Below are positions 47,372 through 49,894 of a DNA stretch of 49,894 nt, one piece after another. Source of the DNA: a virus (taxonomy: Duplodnaviria; Caudoviricetes); the IMG/VR virus record IMGVR_UViG_3300017761_007387, positions 1 to 49,894 of that record. One strand, written 5' to 3'. Position numbers and translations under genes: made by a program. The notes below the pieces were generated by a model. That model was not told where the DNA came from. It did no database searches and was given only the letters and a program-made list of their open reading frames with translations. How positions within the stretch are numbered: position 1 is the first letter of the stretch; the number at the start of each line of letters is the position of its first letter.

Positions 47372-48375
47372 CAATAAGTCCTATCTGTGGTTTCATAATC
47401 AGTTGTTTTGTACTCAAACCCCTGATTAGAATCAGCAGAAAATTCACATCTTGCTGCATACTCAGTTAGTATTGCAGCCCAAGCCGCCTTAACAGAGCTT
47501 GGACAAAGCTTTTCAGCAAAGAATCTTTTTCCATTTTCAGCTATGACAGAACAATTTTCTGGCTGCTGATGAAGTTTTCCAATCAGATTCTGGACCTCAT
47601 TTGCAGAATTAGCTCTTTCGTAATGAATCCCTGGGGCAAATAGATCTTCATCCATCCACCATTCTTGCCAAAAATTTTGCTCTTGACCCGAGTTAGTGTT
47701 GTAGAGAACCAAGCTACCAGCTCCAAGAAGGTACTTTAGACGACTAGTGTAAGCCCCTCTATGACCATTTAGGTGTAGCAGGTATTTCGACTCGCTAAGA
47801 GATTCTCTAGACACAAATTTGCTATTTCCAGATCCTTGATCGACGACAACTAGTCTAACATCATCGTGTAGATTCATAGATGTGTTGATTGCTCTATGAT
47901 TTTCTGGATTTATGCTGCCAATGAAAACGCATTCATCTCTTTTGTCAGACCATGAAACGTTTGTATCAACAAGAGACTTGTGAGTACCAGAGTAAGAGTT
48001 CAAGACGTTTGGATCGGTGTTTGGATATCCCCAGAAAGTGTGATCGGGAGCAATTACATTTCTAGATCCCGCAAGTCTTGCGTGCGTAAAAATTGCTTGT
48101 TGGGGCAGATTTGTCCTATCGTGGTGGCACCAGGTGAAGATCAAATTTGGGACTCTATACTCTCTCAAGACACTTTCCAGCAATTTAAGCAAGCTGAACT
48201 GTCGTTGCTCCATTCTACCATCTGGTATCTTTTCATACTTTAGAACCCTGCAAGAGTTGTCATGAACTTGTAGTGTAAGAAAGTTTGATGGCGTGTCAGT
48301 CACATCTCTGTAGCTATATGACGTTTGGTTTACGCAGAATCGTGAGATACGTTTGAGCTCGTTTTCGTTTAGCAT
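47371..48375 (-). CDS. GT90/CAP10-like glycosyltransferase
   Basis: WSDKRDECVFIGS, SKYLLHLNGHRGAYTSRLKYLLGAGSLV and IAENGKRFF match GT90 C-terminal patterns. Confidence 0.7.
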   Translation of the reverse strand: MLNENELKRISRFCVNQTSYSYRDVTDTPSNFLTLQVHDNSCRVLKYEKIPDGRMEQRQFSLLKLLESVLREYRVPNLIFTWCHHDRTNLPQQAIFTHARLAGSRNVIAPDHTFWGYPNTDPNVLNSYSGTHKSLVDTNVSWSDKRDECVFIGSINPENHRAINTSMNLHDDVRLVVVDQGSGNSKFVSRESLSESKYLLHLNGHRGAYTSRLKYLLGAGSLVLYNTNSGQEQNFWQEWWMDEDLFAPGIHYERANSANEVQNLIGKLHQQPENCSVIAENGKRFFAEKLCPSSVKAAWAAILTEYAARCEFSADSNQGFEYKTTDYETTDRTY

Positions 48376-48413
48376 GCCAAACTATCTTCCTGAGTTAGCA
48401 GAAGTAAATTCTT

Positions 48414-49358
48414 TCATATGGAAGAAGAGATTCTATCTTGCCACCAAGAGAATTTGAGCTGTTCATAGTCATAATCTTGATCGAGCATCTTGTCTCTGGC
48501 GCTGCGCAAGAATTGCTCATCTAGAGATAGGTAATCTCTCCAGCTATCGACAAACAAGATTGGCAAATTCTCAAACTGTCTATAGCCATCGTACTTTACG
48601 ACAATTGGAATAACTCCAGAATATAAGCTATCCCACATTCTATACGTGTCTAAGCTGCACCCTCGAGGACAAATCATAAACTCTGTCTTTTCAAGGTCGT
48701 TATAATAAGACTCGAAAACAGAAGCGCTTAGATGACGTGAAGTAACTTGTCCGACAAATTTTCTTGTTATGAAATTTGTACTCTCTGCAAACTGCTCAAC
48801 GTAAGAACGAATTCTTCCGTACCAGTGGACGCTCATTGGTGGTGTAGAGCAATTGAAGTAGCAAAGAATTTCTCTATCTCTATTCAGAACACTATGCCTG
48901 CGTAGCAGAACTTCTTTTCCCTTCCAGTCTCTTCCAATCGGAATCATATTTAGACCACGACCCGACACTATAACTGCATTGCAGAAAACTTTGACGTCTT
49001 CTCTCAAGTGATTCAAGAGGCTACAATCTAGAAGATTTTCTAGAGGTTGTTCCTCTAAACTTTTTTGTAGAGATTCAGTGAATGGTATGAAGTCTTGATT
49101 GATAAACTCAATCTTAGGAGTTGGGATGTCGGTGTCAGGGTTAGTGAATAGCAGAACCTTATTTCCTGGTTTTAGCTTTAGATCTTCAATGCACCTGACT
49201 AAAACTCTATGAGTTAATTCTCTTGGAAAGTCTCTAAGGTAAACAACGTTTTCTCCGTTATGTAGCCTCGAGAAGAGATTTTCGAACCTATCAAGAAATA
49301 GTTGATCATCAAGGTGTATCTGAAATTTTCCATTTCGATAATCTCTAAGAGTTGTCAT
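48414..49358 (-). CDS. Exostosin (GT47)-like glycosyltransferase
   Basis: YYNDLEKTEFMICPRGCSLDTYRMWDSLYSGVIPIV, the exostosin-family C-terminal motif. Confidence 0.72.
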   Translation of the reverse strand: MTTLRDYRNGKFQIHLDDQLFLDRFENLFSRLHNGENVVYLRDFPRELTHRVLVRCIEDLKLKPGNKVLLFTNPDTDIPTPKIEFINQDFIPFTESLQKSLEEQPLENLLDCSLLNHLREDVKVFCNAVIVSGRGLNMIPIGRDWKGKEVLLRRHSVLNRDREILCYFNCSTPPMSVHWYGRIRSYVEQFAESTNFITRKFVGQVTSRHLSASVFESYYNDLEKTEFMICPRGCSLDTYRMWDSLYSGVIPIVVKYDGYRQFENLPILFVDSWRDYLSLDEQFLRSARDKMLDQDYDYEQLKFSWWQDRISSSI

Positions 49359-49894
49359 TTAGGGCTCCATCATCACAATACTTTCACCAGCTCTTTTCTT
49401 ATAGAACTTAACTGGCTTTGAGTTCGGTCTCAGAGAGACTTCCCAGTTTGTTCTTTGAGAGTACTCTATAAGAAAGTTTGCATAGTATTGCTCGCACATT
49501 TCTGAGCCGAAATACTCATTTGCAAATTCATAGCCATTGATTGCAATCTCATGCGCATCTCTAGGATTTTTCCTAAAATGATCAACGGCATTTAGCAAAT
49601 CTTGAGGATCTTTGACCTCAACATAATTCTTTGAAGAGCATATCAAACTATGCTGCCACCATTCTTGGTAGGGATTTCTAGTCGCATAGAACACCGTAGA
49701 TCCGCAAGCAAGAGAGTATCTAAAAGCCCCACTTATCGCAGTATCTTCTCCGCCGTTTAGATGAAGAAGAAACTTGTAGTTTGACTTTTCTTCACGGGTA
49801 CATGCGTTTGGAGATTCACCCGGCTTGTAGTTAGGCACCCCACGTGGAGCATGAAATCCTGTAACATGCTTCAGATCGCATATCCCAATCCCGT
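49359..49894 (-). CDS. Second GT90/CAP10-like glycosyltransferase (5' end outside the window)
   Basis: Frame stays open from the track's GTG at 49838 to the window edge; NYKFLLHLNG...SGAFRYSLACGSTVF...QEWW...IAINGYEF parallels 47371-48375. Confidence 0.7.
   Translation of the reverse strand, partial: GIGICDLKHVTGFHAPRGVPNYKPGESPNACTREEKSNYKFLLHLNGGEDTAISGAFRYSLACGSTVFYATRNPYQEWWQHSLICSSKNYVEVKDPQDLLNAVDHFRKNPRDAHEIAINGYEFANEYFGSEMCEQYYANFLIEYSQRTNWEVSLRPNSKPVKFYKKRAGESIVMMEP

Noticed and set aside
192-48243. Numerous plus-strand ORFs and short alternative-frame minus-strand ORFs (e.g. 639-1166, 13269-13838, 36686-37369, 38014-38586)
   Set aside because: They lie within or across well-supported minus-strand genes, have no recognisable motifs, and are best explained as antisense or frame shadows.
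32117-49894. Bacterial O-antigen/capsule locus, or a prophage-host junction
   Set aside because: No flippase, polymerase or exporter is present. The cluster is continuous, co-directional and overlapping with phage sigma and baseplate genes and contains a phage-type nuclease. No integrase or att site was seen.
1-49894. Giant eukaryotic virus origin, suggested by the Mre11-Rad50 fusion and glycosylation genes
   Set aside because: gp25/gp6/spike baseplate genes, DnaG primase, a sigma factor, SD motifs and overlapping operons indicate a tailed phage.
1-49894. Stop-codon reassignment
   Set aside because: Genes tile the window at high density in the standard code, and TAA, TGA and TAG all end intact genes (TAG at 2527, 16712, 28895).

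Overview
This window is a segment of a large contractile-tailed (myovirus-like) bacteriophage genome. All credible genes lie on the minus strand, use the standard genetic code, and are tightly packed with ATGA/TAATG overlaps and Shine-Dalgarno motifs. In transcription order (right to left) there are four parts. (1) ~32.1-49.9 kb: an ~18 kb nucleotide-sugar and glycosyltransferase cluster with two GT90/CAP10-like, one GT47/exostosin-like, one HtrL-like and two GT4 transferases, Glf, two UDP-sugar dehydrogenases, two SDR epimerases, a HddA-GmhA-HAD heptose module, a ColC-ColD-Gmd (GDP-colitose-type) trio and a cytidylyltransferase-like protein. An NAD synthetase and a Cas4/RecB-like nuclease are embedded in it. 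(2) A gp55-like late sigma factor. (3) ~3.1-31 kb: a baseplate/tail-appendage module (gp5/gpV-like spike, gp25, gp6, a gp7-like LamG protein, other LamG and FN3-like proteins), where a recurring ATACTTA motif precedes three gene blocks. (4) RuvC-like resolvase, DnaG-type primase and a fused Mre11(SbcD)-Rad50(SbcC) gene that the ORF track missed. The most interesting hypothesis is a phage-encoded virion glycosylation system with rare sugars acting on [S/T]-G-S-rich baseplate proteins. I saw no tRNA, rRNA, CRISPR array or mobile element. All product calls come from motif recognition by eye, not database searches.
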